Below are positions 40,304 to 49,744 of a stretch of DNA of 64,000 nt, in pieces. The stretch spans positions 235,020 to 299,019 of the forward strand of contig DFNX01000006.1 of the NCBI GenBank assembly GCA_002376235.1, given 5' to 3'. The stretch comes from Neorhizobium sp. UBA3556. GTDB lineage: Bacteria; Pseudomonadota; Alphaproteobacteria; Rhizobiales; Rhizobiaceae. Position 1 is the first letter of the stretch. Each line of letters starts with the position of its first letter. The notes under the pieces were generated by a model. It did not search any database. It worked only from the letters and a program-made list of their open reading frames with translations, and was not told where the DNA came from. The position numbers were made by a program, and so were the translations under genes.

Positions 40304-40668
40304 AAAGGCTGGAAAGTCAGATCGGAGTTCAGGTAACTCCGCCTTTATGACAGCATAGTTACATAAGGAAATCGTCACCCAAACAGGTGATTTGGTTGCA
40401 ATAGATGCCGCATTTACCCCAGGGTGATGTAGGAAAGCGGCAGGAAAGCAAACGTAATTGCAAAGCAAACAATCGCCGTCCTGACGAGCCGGGTCCGGCG
40501 CGCCTTTTGAGCATTCCACTCGTAGACCATGTTTTCTCCCTTGTTATCGGGCGTGCCGGAGGCAAAGCCTTGCCGGTATCCCGATGCCTCCATCTGCGGA
40601 AGGCAAGAGGAAACGATATTGAGCGAAGCTTGCGCGGCGCAGGTTCAATCAGGACGCGAGCGGCGGTC

Positions 40669-41727
40669 TCAATTCTCGGGGGCGAGGATGCAGCACTGTT
40701 CCGGTAGCGGAACGAGGACCGCCTTGGCGCCGGGCTCGAAGAGTTCCGAAAGCGCGCCATTGGCGGTGATTTCGCCGGCAGCCGTCTCGCATTTGTACTG
40801 GTAGGCGCGGCCGAGATAGGTGCGGGTGCCGAGCGTTGCCGGAATGCCTTCGCCCTGGCTGCGGACAACAAGGCCATCGGGGCGGGTGGCGAGGACGAAA
40901 TCGTCCTTGATCGGGCCGAAGACGTCCTGCGACAGGTGCAGCCTTGCACCGCCTGCGGCTTCCGCGGTCACGATCGCGCCGTCGCGGGCGACGGTCTTCA
41001 TCGGGATCAGGTTTTCGAAACCGACGAAACGGGCGACGAAGGCGTTTGCCGGCTTCTGGTAAAGCACTTCCGGCGTATCAAGCTGCATGATGCGGCCGGC
41101 ATTCATGATCGCGACGCGATCGGAGATCGAAAACGCTTCTTCCTGGTCGTGGGTGACGTAGAGCGAGGTCGTGCCGTTTGCCTTCTGCAGCTGGCGGATC
41201 TCGACACGCATGTCGACGCGCAGTTTTGCATCAAGGTTGGAGAGCGGCTCGTCGAACATCAGGAGCGGTGGCTCGATGACCAAAGCGCGGGCAAGCGCGA
41301 CACGCTGCTTCTGGCCGCCGGAGAGCGCGCCGGGGAGGCGGTCTGCAAGATTGGCAAGGCCGACGCGTTCCAGCATGGCGGTGGCGCGCTTTGCCCGGTC
41401 GGCGGCGGCGATACCGCGCTGTTTAAGGCCGAAGGCGACATTGTCCTGCACGGTGAGATGCGGGAAGAGCGCGTAGTTCTGGAAGACGAGGCCGATATCA
41501 CGGGCATGGGCGGGAAGCGTCGTCAGGTCACGATCGCCGAGCTTCACATGGCCAGATGTCGGTGCCAAGAAGCCGGCGACGATGCGCAGTGTTGTGGTCT
41601 TACCGCAGCCGGACGAGCCGAGAAGCGAGACGAGTTCGCCGGCCGCGACCGAGATCGACAGATCCTTCAGGACCTGGGTCTGGCCGTAATGGGCGGAGAG
41701 ATTTTCGATGGTCAGCGATACGGTCAT
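40669..41727 (-). CDS. ABC transporter ATP-binding protein (PotA-like)
   Basis: GSSGCGKT, LSGGQKQRVALARAL, TOBE C-terminus. Confidence 0.95.
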   Translation of the reverse strand: MTVSLTIENLSAHYGQTQVLKDLSISVAAGELVSLLGSSGCGKTTTLRIVAGFLAPTSGHVKLGDRDLTTLPAHARDIGLVFQNYALFPHLTVQDNVAFGLKQRGIAAADRAKRATAMLERVGLANLADRLPGALSGGQKQRVALARALVIEPPLLMFDEPLSNLDAKLRVDMRVEIRQLQKANGTTSLYVTHDQEEAFSISDRVAIMNAGRIMQLDTPEVLYQKPANAFVARFVGFENLIPMKTVARDGAIVTAEAAGGARLHLSQDVFGPIKDDFVLATRPDGLVVRSQGEGIPATLGTRTYLGRAYQYKCETAAGEITANGALSELFEPGAKAVLVPLPEQCCILAPEN

Positions 41728-41745
41728 GGGTGCGGGCGATCTTGT

Positions 41746-42534
41746 TTACTTGGTCAGGAAGGTGAGGCCGAGGGTCGCCTCGACGATGGCCATGACGCCG
41801 ACGGTAACCAGCATCAGGAGCACGGAAACGGAGGCGATGGTCGGATCGAAGAACTGTTCCATATGGGCCAGAATCTGGATCGGAAGGGTGGAAATGCCGG
41901 GGCCTGTCAAAAACACCGAGATCGACACGTCGTTGATCGAGGTGATGAAGGCGAGGATGAAGGCGGCGATGACGCCGGCGCGGATATTCGGCAGGACCAC
42001 GGTGAGGAACGTCTTCCACGGCGGGCAGCCGAGGCTGATGGCGGCTTCCTCGACGGAGAAATCGAAGGAGGCGAGCGAGGCGCCGACGACACGCACCGAA
42101 TAGGGCAGCACCAGAAGCGCGTGACCGATGATCAGGCTCGGATAGACGGGCAGGCCCATGCCTATCGTAACCGATTTCAGGAGCGAGAAGCCGAAGACGA
42201 TTTCCGGCACGAGGATCGGCAGGATGAAGAGCGTGCCGAGCCATTTCGGCAGCCCGACGCGGTAGCGGTTCAGCGCATAGGCTGCCGGTATGCCGATCAG
42301 CAGCGACAGGCCGGTGCCGAGGATCGCGACCTGAAAGCTGGTGATCGCGGTGTTGCGGAAGGCCGAGATCTCGAAAATGTTGGTGAACCAGCGCAAAGTC
42401 AGGCCCTGCGGCGGGAAGGTGAGGTAGGTCGTGTCGCTGAGCGATGCGCCGACGATGATGACGAGCGGCGCCAGCAGGAACAGGAAGACCAGGATGGCGA
42501 AGGCGCCGAGAAGCGGGTGGATACGGGCTGCCAT
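41746..42534 (-). CDS. ABC transporter permease (PotC-like)
   Basis: True start MAARIHP at 42534; FPPQGLTLRWF, EEAAISLG. Confidence 0.92.
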   Translation of the reverse strand: MAARIHPLLGAFAILVFLFLLAPLVIIVGASLSDTTYLTFPPQGLTLRWFTNIFEISAFRNTAITSFQVAILGTGLSLLIGIPAAYALNRYRVGLPKWLGTLFILPILVPEIVFGFSLLKSVTIGMGLPVYPSLIIGHALLVLPYSVRVVGASLASFDFSVEEAAISLGCPPWKTFLTVVLPNIRAGVIAAFILAFITSINDVSISVFLTGPGISTLPIQILAHMEQFFDPTIASVSVLLMLVTVGVMAIVEATLGLTFLTK

Positions 42535-42539
42535 GGTCG

Positions 42540-43364
42540 TTACACCGCCATCGGGTTGAGGCGCCGCGCGATGCGGCTCATGATCGAGACGACGGCGATG
42601 GTGATGACCACCATGATTGCCGCGATGGTGGAAGCGCCGACCCAGTCGAAAGTGACCATGGCGCGCTGGTAGAGAAGCGTGCCCATCATCATCATCTGCT
42701 CGCCGCCCAGGAGCTGCGGCGTGGCGTAGGAGGTGAAGCTGCCGGTGAAGACGAGGACGGCGCCGACGATGAGGCCGGGCACCGCAAGCGGCAGGATGAC
42801 CTGGAAAAAGGTGGCGATCGGTTTTGCGCCGAGCGAGGCGGAGGCTTCCACCACATCGCGCGGGATGCCTTCCAGCACGCCGGTCAACGTCAGGATCATC
42901 AGCGGCACGAAGAGATAGACCATCGCGACGATGACCGAGCCTTCGGTATAGAGCATCGACAGCGGATCGGAGATGATGCCGAGCGACAGAAGCGAGCTGT
43001 TGACGATGCCGTTCTTGCCTAGAATGATCAGCCAGGCAAACGAGCGCACCACGACGCCGGTGAGCAGCGGGAAGACGGCGGCGATGATGGCGATCGATTT
43101 CAGCCGTCCGGGCATCTGGGCGATGACATAGGCCGTGAGGAAGCCGATGACCAGCGAGATCGCCGTGGTGATCAGCGCGATGCGCAGCGTCCGATAGAGG
43201 ATGCCGGTGCGAAAGCCGCTGTTGAAGAAGGCGGTGTAGGTGGAGAAAATGCCCTTCGGTTCGCCGAATGTGGTGGCGATGGTGAGCAGGACCGGGACGA
43301 CCAGAAGTGCCACGACAAGGATCGTCGCGGGCAGTGTCAGGCCCCATTTGGCGAATTTGTTCAT
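42540..43364 (-). CDS. ABC transporter permease (PotB-like)
   Basis: VVRSFAW, EASASLGA, TPQLLGG. Confidence 0.92.
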   Translation of the reverse strand: MNKFAKWGLTLPATILVVALLVVPVLLTIATTFGEPKGIFSTYTAFFNSGFRTGILYRTLRIALITTAISLVIGFLTAYVIAQMPGRLKSIAIIAAVFPLLTGVVVRSFAWLIILGKNGIVNSSLLSLGIISDPLSMLYTEGSVIVAMVYLFVPLMILTLTGVLEGIPRDVVEASASLGAKPIATFFQVILPLAVPGLIVGAVLVFTGSFTSYATPQLLGGEQMMMMGTLLYQRAMVTFDWVGASTIAAIMVVITIAVVSIMSRIARRLNPMAV

Positions 43365-43385
43365 AATGTTGCTCTCAACCGCTCC

Positions 43386-43555
43386 TACCCCTCTGGTCTG
43401 CCGACCATCTCCCCCACAAGGGGGAGATCACAAGTGGCAAGACCATCGCCTTACTTAAACGATGGAGTTTTATGGGAACGCTGCTTAGTTTTTGTTCGAG
43501 TGCGTCTCGTTGATCTCCCCCTTGTGGGGGAGATGCCCGGCAGGGCAGAGGGGTA
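43386..43555. repeat. Inverted doublet of rhizobial palindromic repeat (family 2)
   Basis: TACCCCTCTGGTCTGCCGACCATCTCCCCCACAAGGGGGAGATCA (43386-43430) and its inverted copy at 43511-43555. Confidence 0.85.
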
Positions 43556-43576
43556 TCCTCCGATGATCTCGACCTT

Positions 43577-44617
43577 TTACTGCGCGAACAGCTCGTTCCA
43601 CTGGTCGATCCAGTCGGTCTTGGCTTCGTTCATCTTGGCGTAGTCGATGCGGGCGAGGCTTGCGACCTTTTCGGCGCCGTAAGTCCACATCTTGGCCTGT
43701 TCCGGCGTCAGCTCGACCTTGGTGTTGATCGGAGCATCGACGCCCTGTTCGGCTTCCTTCTGCTGGACTTCCTTGGACAGCGCGAAGTTGATGAACTGGT
43801 AGGCGAGCTCGACGTTTTCCGAACCCTTCGGAATGTTGATCGTGTTGACGGTGGCGATGTCACCGTCGGTCAGCTCAGCCCATTTCATCGTCGGCACGGC
43901 GGCTTGCATCGAAGCGAGGGTGAAATCCTGGGCAATTGCGACGCGGACTTCGCCGGTGGAGATGAGGTTTACCAGTTCCGAGCCGGTATTGTAGTTCTTC
44001 ACCACGTTCGGCTTCAGTTCCTCGATAGCCGAGAAAGCGCCTTCGCTATCTTCGAACGCTTCCGTGCCGGCATGCTTGCCGGCCTGCAACACGACCATCG
44101 GGCCGGCCGTGGTGGTGATGCCCGGAAGCGAGATCGACTTTTCGAGATCAGCGCGCCACAGATCGTTCCACGAGGTGATCGGCGGATTGACCTTGGCACT
44201 GTCATAAACGATGCCGACGCGGCCGATCGTGTAGGCCGGGCCGTAATTGCCCTGCGGCTGGCGGCCGAGTTCGTAGATTTCCGACAGGTTGGGGATCTTT
44301 GCCGGGTCGATTTCGAGGAACTGGCCCTGTTCGATACCAAGCTGCGAGAAGCTGTCGGAGAGATAGATGACGTCGACGCCCTTGTTGTCGCGCAGGCGCA
44401 GCTTGTTCAGGCGGTCGGCATTGTTGCCGGTTTCGAAGACGATATCGCAGCCGCAGATCTTCTTGAACGGCTCGATGATGTTGGCGTTCATCTTCTCGCC
44501 GTTATAGCCCCACCAGGAGATGGTCAGCGTCTTCGATTGGGCGCTGGCGACGGATGCGCCGGCGAGGGAGGCAAAAACGGCGACAGCCGACGCGCGGAGA
44601 AGGCGGGAGACGTTCAC
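43577..44617 (-). CDS. ABC transporter substrate-binding protein (PotD/opine-like)
   Basis: Signal peptide, KIPNL, ITSWNDLW, AYQFINF. Confidence 0.9.
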   Translation of the reverse strand: MNVSRLLRASAVAVFASLAGASVASAQSKTLTISWWGYNGEKMNANIIEPFKKICGCDIVFETGNNADRLNKLRLRDNKGVDVIYLSDSFSQLGIEQGQFLEIDPAKIPNLSEIYELGRQPQGNYGPAYTIGRVGIVYDSAKVNPPITSWNDLWRADLEKSISLPGITTTAGPMVVLQAGKHAGTEAFEDSEGAFSAIEELKPNVVKNYNTGSELVNLISTGEVRVAIAQDFTLASMQAAVPTMKWAELTDGDIATVNTINIPKGSENVELAYQFINFALSKEVQQKEAEQGVDAPINTKVELTPEQAKMWTYGAEKVASLARIDYAKMNEAKTDWIDQWNELFAQ

Positions 44618-44786
44618 GGGATGAAGACCTTTCGGAAAACCTTTTGACCGGGACCCCCCGGACTTTGGGGGTAATTCTATTTTTTGAGCGATCCGGCCGC
44701 AAGCCTGTTTGGCGGGCAGTCCACGTTTTTACCGGTTTCTGCCGGGCAAATTCCGTCCGACTGTCGCATATTTCTCATAACGGCTC

Positions 44787-44818
44787 TTGCAGCTCTAGTG
44801 ACTAGAGGTTCTAGACAT
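44787..44818 (+). promoter_or_regulatory. MerR-type (ZntR/CadR-like) metal-responsive promoter
   Basis: TTGCAG -35, dyad CTCTAGT-G-ACTAGAG (44793-44807) in a long spacer, TAGACAT -10-like. Confidence 0.8.
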
Positions 44819-44845
44819 GGTGCTCGAAGCAATGTGGAGAGCGAC

Positions 44846-47209
44846 ATGACCGCGGAAAATCACGCACCGAACCAGGCCCGTTACAAGGTTGGCGGCATGG
44901 ATTGCGCCAGTTGCGCGACGAAGATCGATACGGCGGTGCGGCGGGTGCCGGGCGTGGATGATGTCTCCGTTTCGGTTGCCGCAGGCACGATGACGGTCAG
45001 CCATGACGGTAGCGCCGACCTTGCGGCGATGGAAAAGAAGGTGTCCGGGCTGGGTTATTCGCTGAGGGCGCTGGGTAGGAAAGGGGACATACCCCCCTTT
45101 GCCCTGCCGGGTGACCGGGGTCGAGCCACCGGTCTCGACCCGCTCTCCGAGCCCCCCACGAGGGGGGAGATAACCCCATCGCATGACCACCACGAACATG
45201 GTCCCGACTGCAATCATGATCATCATGGGGATAACCATGCACACCATCACGGCGGCGGGCACGATCATGCGGATCACGAGCATGATCACGACGAGATCGA
45301 GGGGCTGCATGGTCATGACCATGCGCCGATGGATGGGCCGTGGTGGAAATCGAAGAAGGGACGGCTGACCATTTTTGTTGGGCTGGCGCTTGCCGTCGCC
45401 TATGGTCTCGGCCATCTCGTTCCTGCCTATGACAGCACTATCTTTACCGCCGCGATGCTGATCGGTCTGGTGCCGATCGCGCGCAGGGCGATCATGGCGG
45501 CACTGGCCGGCACGCCGTTTTCGATCGAGATGCTGATGACGATTGCCGCTGTCGGCGCTGTCGTCATCAATGCATCGGAAGAGGCGGCGGCCGTCGTTTT
45601 CCTGTTTCTTGTAGGCGAACTTCTGGAAGGGGTTGCGGCCGGCAAGGCACGCTCCAGCATCCAGAGCCTGACCGCACTGGTGCCGAAGACGGCGCTTTTG
45701 GAAAAAGACGGCAAGACGCGGGAAGTGCCGGCGGAAACTTTGGCGGTCGGGGCAGTCATTCTGGTGCGGCCGGGCGACCGGATTTCCGCCGATGGCATCA
45801 TTGTCGCCGGGACAAGCGCCATCGACGAGGCGCCGGTGACGGGCGAAAGCACGCCGGTTGAAAAGGGCGAGGGCGAACAGGTGTTCGCCGGGACGATCAA
45901 CGGCGACGCGGCTTTGCGGGTGCGCGTGACGGCTGCGGCCGAGGATAATACCATTGCCCGTGTCGTGCGACTGGTGGAGGAGGCGCAGGAAAAGAAGGCG
46001 CCGACCGAGCGCTTCATCGACCGGTTTTCACGTTATTACACGCCCGGCGTGGTCGTGGTGGCGGCGCTCGTCGCCATCCTGCCGCCGCTTGTTGCAGGTG
46101 GGGAGTGGGGCGAATGGGTTTACAAGGGGCTCGCCATTCTGCTGATCGGTTGCCCCTGTGCGCTGGTCATTTCGACACCGGCTGCCATTGCGGCCTCGCT
46201 TTCCTCCGGCGCGCGCCGCGGCCTGCTTCTCAAGGGCGGGGCGGTCCTGGAAACGCTCGGCAAGCTGACGGCGGTTGCCTTCGACAAGACCGGAACGCTG
46301 ACATCCGGCAAGCCGCAGGTGACCGACGTGATCGCCTTCGGCCACAATGCCGATGACGTCTTGCGCATTTCGGCGGCGCTGGAAACAGGTTCCAACCATC
46401 CGCTGGCCGTCGCGATCCTTGCAAAGGCTGCCGAATACGAACTCGACGTTCCGGCGACAAGCGAGGCGAAGGCACTGGCAGGCCAGGGTGTGACGGCGCT
46501 CATCGAAGGCGAAGAGGTGTTTTTCGGATCACCGAAGGCGGCGGTCGAGCGGGTTTTGCTGCCGGTGGCGCATTCGCGGCGGATTGCGGCGCTCAACGAT
46601 GAGGGAAAGACCGTATCCGTGCTGATCGTCGGCGGCGTGCTGGCGGGGGCGATTGCGATGCGTGACGAACCGCGCGCCGATGCGAAGGCCGGATTGAAGC
46701 TGCTGGCTGATCATGGCGTCAAAACGGTGATGCTGACCGGCGACAATGCCCGCACGGCAGAAGCGATCGGCAAGGATCTCGGGATTGAGGTGCGCGCCGA
46801 ACTGATGCCGGAAGACAAGAGCCGCATTGTCGGTGAGTTGCAGCGCGACGGATTTGTCGTCGGCAAGGTGGGCGACGGGATCAATGATGCACCGGCGCTG
46901 GCAGCCGCCGATATCGGCATCGCCATGGGCGGCGGCACGGATGTGGCGCTGGAAACGGCGGATGCGGCGGTACTGCATGGACGCGTGTCGGATATTGCCG
47001 GGATGATCGACCTGTCGAAGCGGACGATGCGCAATATCTGGCAGAACATCACCATCGCACTGGGCTTGAAGGCCGTGTTTCTGGTGACGACGATCATCGG
47101 CGTGACAGGGCTGTGGCCGGCGATCCTTGCCGATACCGGTGCCACCGTGCTGGTGACGATCAATGCGCTGCGGCTGCTGCGCGTGCCGGGTGGGGGCAAG
47201 GCAGCATAG
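44846..47209 (+). CDS. zntA: Heavy-metal (Zn/Cd/Pb) translocating P1B-type ATPase
   Basis: GMDCASC HMA domain, His-rich linker, TGES, CPC, DKTGT, HP, GDGINDAPALA; ATG 44846 after GGAG. Confidence 0.93.
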   Translation: MTAENHAPNQARYKVGGMDCASCATKIDTAVRRVPGVDDVSVSVAAGTMTVSHDGSADLAAMEKKVSGLGYSLRALGRKGDIPPFALPGDRGRATGLDPLSEPPTRGEITPSHDHHEHGPDCNHDHHGDNHAHHHGGGHDHADHEHDHDEIEGLHGHDHAPMDGPWWKSKKGRLTIFVGLALAVAYGLGHLVPAYDSTIFTAAMLIGLVPIARRAIMAALAGTPFSIEMLMTIAAVGAVVINASEEAAAVVFLFLVGELLEGVAAGKARSSIQSLTALVPKTALLEKDGKTREVPAETLAVGAVILVRPGDRISADGIIVAGTSAIDEAPVTGESTPVEKGEGEQVFAGTINGDAALRVRVTAAAEDNTIARVVRLVEEAQEKKAPTERFIDRFSRYYTPGVVVVAALVAILPPLVAGGEWGEWVYKGLAILLIGCPCALVISTPAAIAASLSSGARRGLLLKGGAVLETLGKLTAVAFDKTGTLTSGKPQVTDVIAFGHNADDVLRISAALETGSNHPLAVAILAKAAEYELDVPATSEAKALAGQGVTALIEGEEVFFGSPKAAVERVLLPVAHSRRIAALNDEGKTVSVLIVGGVLAGAIAMRDEPRADAKAGLKLLADHGVKTVMLTGDNARTAEAIGKDLGIEVRAELMPEDKSRIVGELQRDGFVVGKVGDGINDAPALAAADIGIAMGGGTDVALETADAAVLHGRVSDIAGMIDLSKRTMRNIWQNITIALGLKAVFLVTTIIGVTGLWPAILADTGATVLVTINALRLLRVPGGGKAA
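45090..45173 (+). repeat. Family-2 palindromic repeat inserted in frame within zntA
   Basis: TACCCCCCTTTGCCCTGCCGGG...CCCCCACGAGGGGGGAGATAA matches the reverse complement of 43511-43555, with an internal GGGTCGAG/CTCGACCC hairpin. Confidence 0.8.
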
Positions 47210-47285
47210 ATCGCGCATCATTCACTGAAACCCAATATGGGAGGGCTGAGGCTGATACCGGAGAGAAGCGAGAGCTGCAGCATTT

Positions 47286-47313
47286 CGGCTGCTTCACGCC
47301 AATTGCGGTCATT
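47286..47313 (+). repeat. Module-boundary hairpin repeat, R type (array start)
   Basis: CGGCTGCTTCACGCCAATTGCGGTCATT. Confidence 0.7.
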
Positions 47314-47374
47314 GCCAGCAATGTCAGAACGCGCGTAGAAGACGGTATTTCAAAACGAAATTCTACATAAGGAT

Positions 47375-48118
47375 ATGATGATGGGCCGTTTTAGTGACAA
47401 ACGCATTCTTATCACGGGTGGCACAAACGGCATGGGTCTAGTCGGGGCCCGGCGCATCATCGCCGAAGGGGGCATGGTTCTTCTAACAGGAATGAACAAG
47501 GAGCGCCTAGCGTCTGCAAAGCTAGAGTTTCAAGACAAGGCTGCCGTTATTGAAAACGACGCTGCGCAACCAACTGCTACGGCATTGGCGGAAGCTGTTG
47601 CCTCTGTGGGGCCGCTAGATGGCCTGTGGCTCAACGCTGCATTTGCAACTCTGGGATCGCCGGAAGAGTTGGATGCTTCGGAGTTCGACCGTATGATGGC
47701 GACCAACGTACGTGGCCCGATGTTGCAACTTGCCGCACTATCTCCGCATCTTGTTGCCGGAGCATCGATTGTCGTTACATCGTCCAGTTCGACCTACGAA
47801 GGGGCGGCGGCAACCGGTCTCTATGCGGCAACAAAAGGTGCAGTTATTGCGATGGCTAGGTCGTGGGCTACCGCGCTTGCGCCGCGCGGGATTCGCGTAA
47901 ACACGCTCGTGCCCGGACCGATTGAGACCAATTTCCGCAGCTTTCTTCCAGAAGAAGCACGGAAGGGATTTGAGAGCTTTGTTGTTGATCAGGTTCCTCT
48001 TGGCCGTGTTGGCACGCCCGAAGAAGCTGCAGCCGTCGCCCTTTTCCTTCTATCGTCGGACTCGTCCTACGTCACTGGAAGCCAATACGCGGTCGATGGC
48101 GGCCTGATCATGCAATGA
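47375..48118 (+). CDS. Short-chain dehydrogenase/reductase
   Basis: TGGTNGMG, NAA, YAATK, VDGG. Confidence 0.95.
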   Translation: MMMGRFSDKRILITGGTNGMGLVGARRIIAEGGMVLLTGMNKERLASAKLEFQDKAAVIENDAAQPTATALAEAVASVGPLDGLWLNAAFATLGSPEELDASEFDRMMATNVRGPMLQLAALSPHLVAGASIVVTSSSSTYEGAAATGLYAATKGAVIAMARSWATALAPRGIRVNTLVPGPIETNFRSFLPEEARKGFESFVVDQVPLGRVGTPEEAAAVALFLLSSDSSYVTGSQYAVDGGLIMQ

Positions 48119-48166
48119 CCGGTTTGGGCCGACTGCGGTCTTCCGCTTTGGCCAATAGGCGACATT
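48114..48166 (+). repeat. Module-boundary hairpin doublet (L+R)
   Basis: AATGACCGGTTTGGGCCGACTGCGGTC|TTCCGCTTTGGCCAATAGGCGACATT; contains the SDR stop codon. Confidence 0.8.
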
Positions 48167-48184
48167 GCAGAAGTGCGTCCACGA

Positions 48185-48655
48185 TCACCGCACGGAATGC
48201 TTTAGTCGTTTAAGCAAATTCCAAACGATCAGCCGATGTGCCGGTCCTACCGGCAGCATGTAGAGGCGGCCGAAAAAATTCTTGGTTATGACCGACGCCG
48301 TTATAGATACGCTGCCAGCACCTGTGGTGATGCAAGTCATCACGTCGAGATGGTTGTCCCTGGCTGTCAGAACCAGCATGTTTGCCTCAATGCGCTCGAC
48401 GAGAAAGAAATCAAGATAATCGCCCTCTCTCACATGGTCTCGTCGCTTTCCGGAGAAGCCACCTATCCGCCGCACTCCGAAGAGCGCTGAGATTGTGTCC
48501 CGAATTTTGAAAGCGAGGCGCATGACCGCTCCGGTCTGTCCTGATAAAATAGTCCACGCTTCAAGTGCGGTGATGGAATGCGGGAGAGCTACAGTTTGGC
48601 TATCGAAATAATCCAGTGCTGAGTGATCCGCTAACGTTACGGCTTCCGGCTCCAT
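48185..48655 (-). CDS. DUF2867-like protein
   Basis: DYFDS, AFKIRD.ISALFG, DFFLVE, DNHLD, NFFGRLYMLPV.PAHRLIV. Confidence 0.75.
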   Translation of the reverse strand: MEPEAVTLADHSALDYFDSQTVALPHSITALEAWTILSGQTGAVMRLAFKIRDTISALFGVRRIGGFSGKRRDHVREGDYLDFFLVERIEANMLVLTARDNHLDVMTCITTGAGSVSITASVITKNFFGRLYMLPVGPAHRLIVWNLLKRLKHSVR

Positions 48656-48705
48656 ATCCACCACCACGTAAAATCTTTACCGCTCCAGTTTATGTCCGGC
48701 ATGGC

Positions 48706-48758
48706 AAGTCCGCAATGGGCCGACTGCTGCCTTGCGCTTTGCGCCATAAGCGGTCATC
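48706..48758 (+). repeat. Module-boundary hairpin doublet (L+R)
   Basis: AAGTCCGCAATGGGCCGACTGCTGCC|TTGCGCTTTGCGCCATAAGCGGTCATC. Confidence 0.8.
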
Positions 48759-48768
48759 TAAGCACGCT

Positions 48769-49656
48769 TCATTCGACCATTTCCATTATGAGGCCGGCAA
48801 CATGGCGCAGCGCGACGTCCGTTGCCTGTCTGTTATGCCATGCAAGATGCAGGGGAAATTCGGGTATCGGTATCGGCGTCGGTATGATCGCGAGGTCCGG
48901 CGCGACCTGGCCGACGCGCGAGGGAAGCATTGCGATCATATCTGACCCGCGTACCAGCTCCGGCACCATGCCGAAGCTCGGCACAACTAACCCAACGCGG
49001 CGAGTGCGACCGATGCGCGCGAGGTCAGCGTCAAGCGGGCTCTTGGCATCACCGCGCCCGGATACGAGGATATGCGGGAAGGATAGCCATTTATCGAGGT
49101 CGAAGGCCTGTAATGCGGGATGCCCAGGCCGCATTGCAATGACGTAGTGTTCGACAAAAAGTTCTTCTCGTTGAACATCATCGCTTTCACCGGGAAAAAC
49201 GGAAATTGCGAGATCGGTCGTGCCGTCGACAAGAGCAGCATAGGTGGCATCGGCCCCATGCCATGGTTGAATCACGACGTTGATGCCGGGAGAAGTTTCC
49301 TGCAATGCACGCTGCAAAGGACCTGCAATCAATAAAGCCGGATAGTCGGCCATCGTAATTCGCAGCGCTTTCTGAATTCTACTGAGCGGAATCGTAGGTG
49401 GATCAATGAGATCGGTCACACCACTTAGCAAAGATTTTAAGGGGGCTCGGAGTGACTGGGCTCTAGCCGTCAGGCGCATTGTCCCCCGGCCTCGCTCCAA
49501 CAATTCGTCACCAAACAGATGGCGACATCGCTGAAGCGCTGCGGAAGCAGCAGGCTGAGACAGTCCTAGACGATCAGCCGCGCGAGTGACATGCGCCTCG
49601 TCAAGAAGCGCATCGAGGATGACAAGAAGGTTGAGGTCGAGTGATCTTAAATTCAT
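48769..49656 (-). CDS. LysR-family transcriptional regulator
   Basis: LDLNLL..LDALL.E.HVTRAA..LGLSQPAAS. Confidence 0.95.
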   Translation of the reverse strand: MNLRSLDLNLLVILDALLDEAHVTRAADRLGLSQPAASAALQRCRHLFGDELLERGRGTMRLTARAQSLRAPLKSLLSGVTDLIDPPTIPLSRIQKALRITMADYPALLIAGPLQRALQETSPGINVVIQPWHGADATYAALVDGTTDLAISVFPGESDDVQREELFVEHYVIAMRPGHPALQAFDLDKWLSFPHILVSGRGDAKSPLDADLARIGRTRRVGLVVPSFGMVPELVRGSDMIAMLPSRVGQVAPDLAIIPTPIPIPEFPLHLAWHNRQATDVALRHVAGLIMEMVE

Positions 49657-49744
49657 GGCGTCAATAATAGACCAGATAAAAAATCGATTGGAGTAATTAT
49701 TTGAGGTTGGGCATCCACTTCACATCCGAACCGTGGAGACCGTT

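Noticed and set aside
40936..42672. 578-aa plus-strand ORF (likewise 30654-32267, 25150-26235, 34647-35738, 35813-36910, 18472-19566)
   Set aside because: Antisense shadows of well-supported genes in high-GC DNA, with no recognisable motifs.
41746..43347. 533-aa permease as given in the ORF track (likewise the long N-termini of 56629-58281 and 44684-47209)
   Set aside because: The extensions overlap neighbouring genes or promoters in another frame; internal ATGs give the proper family N-termini.
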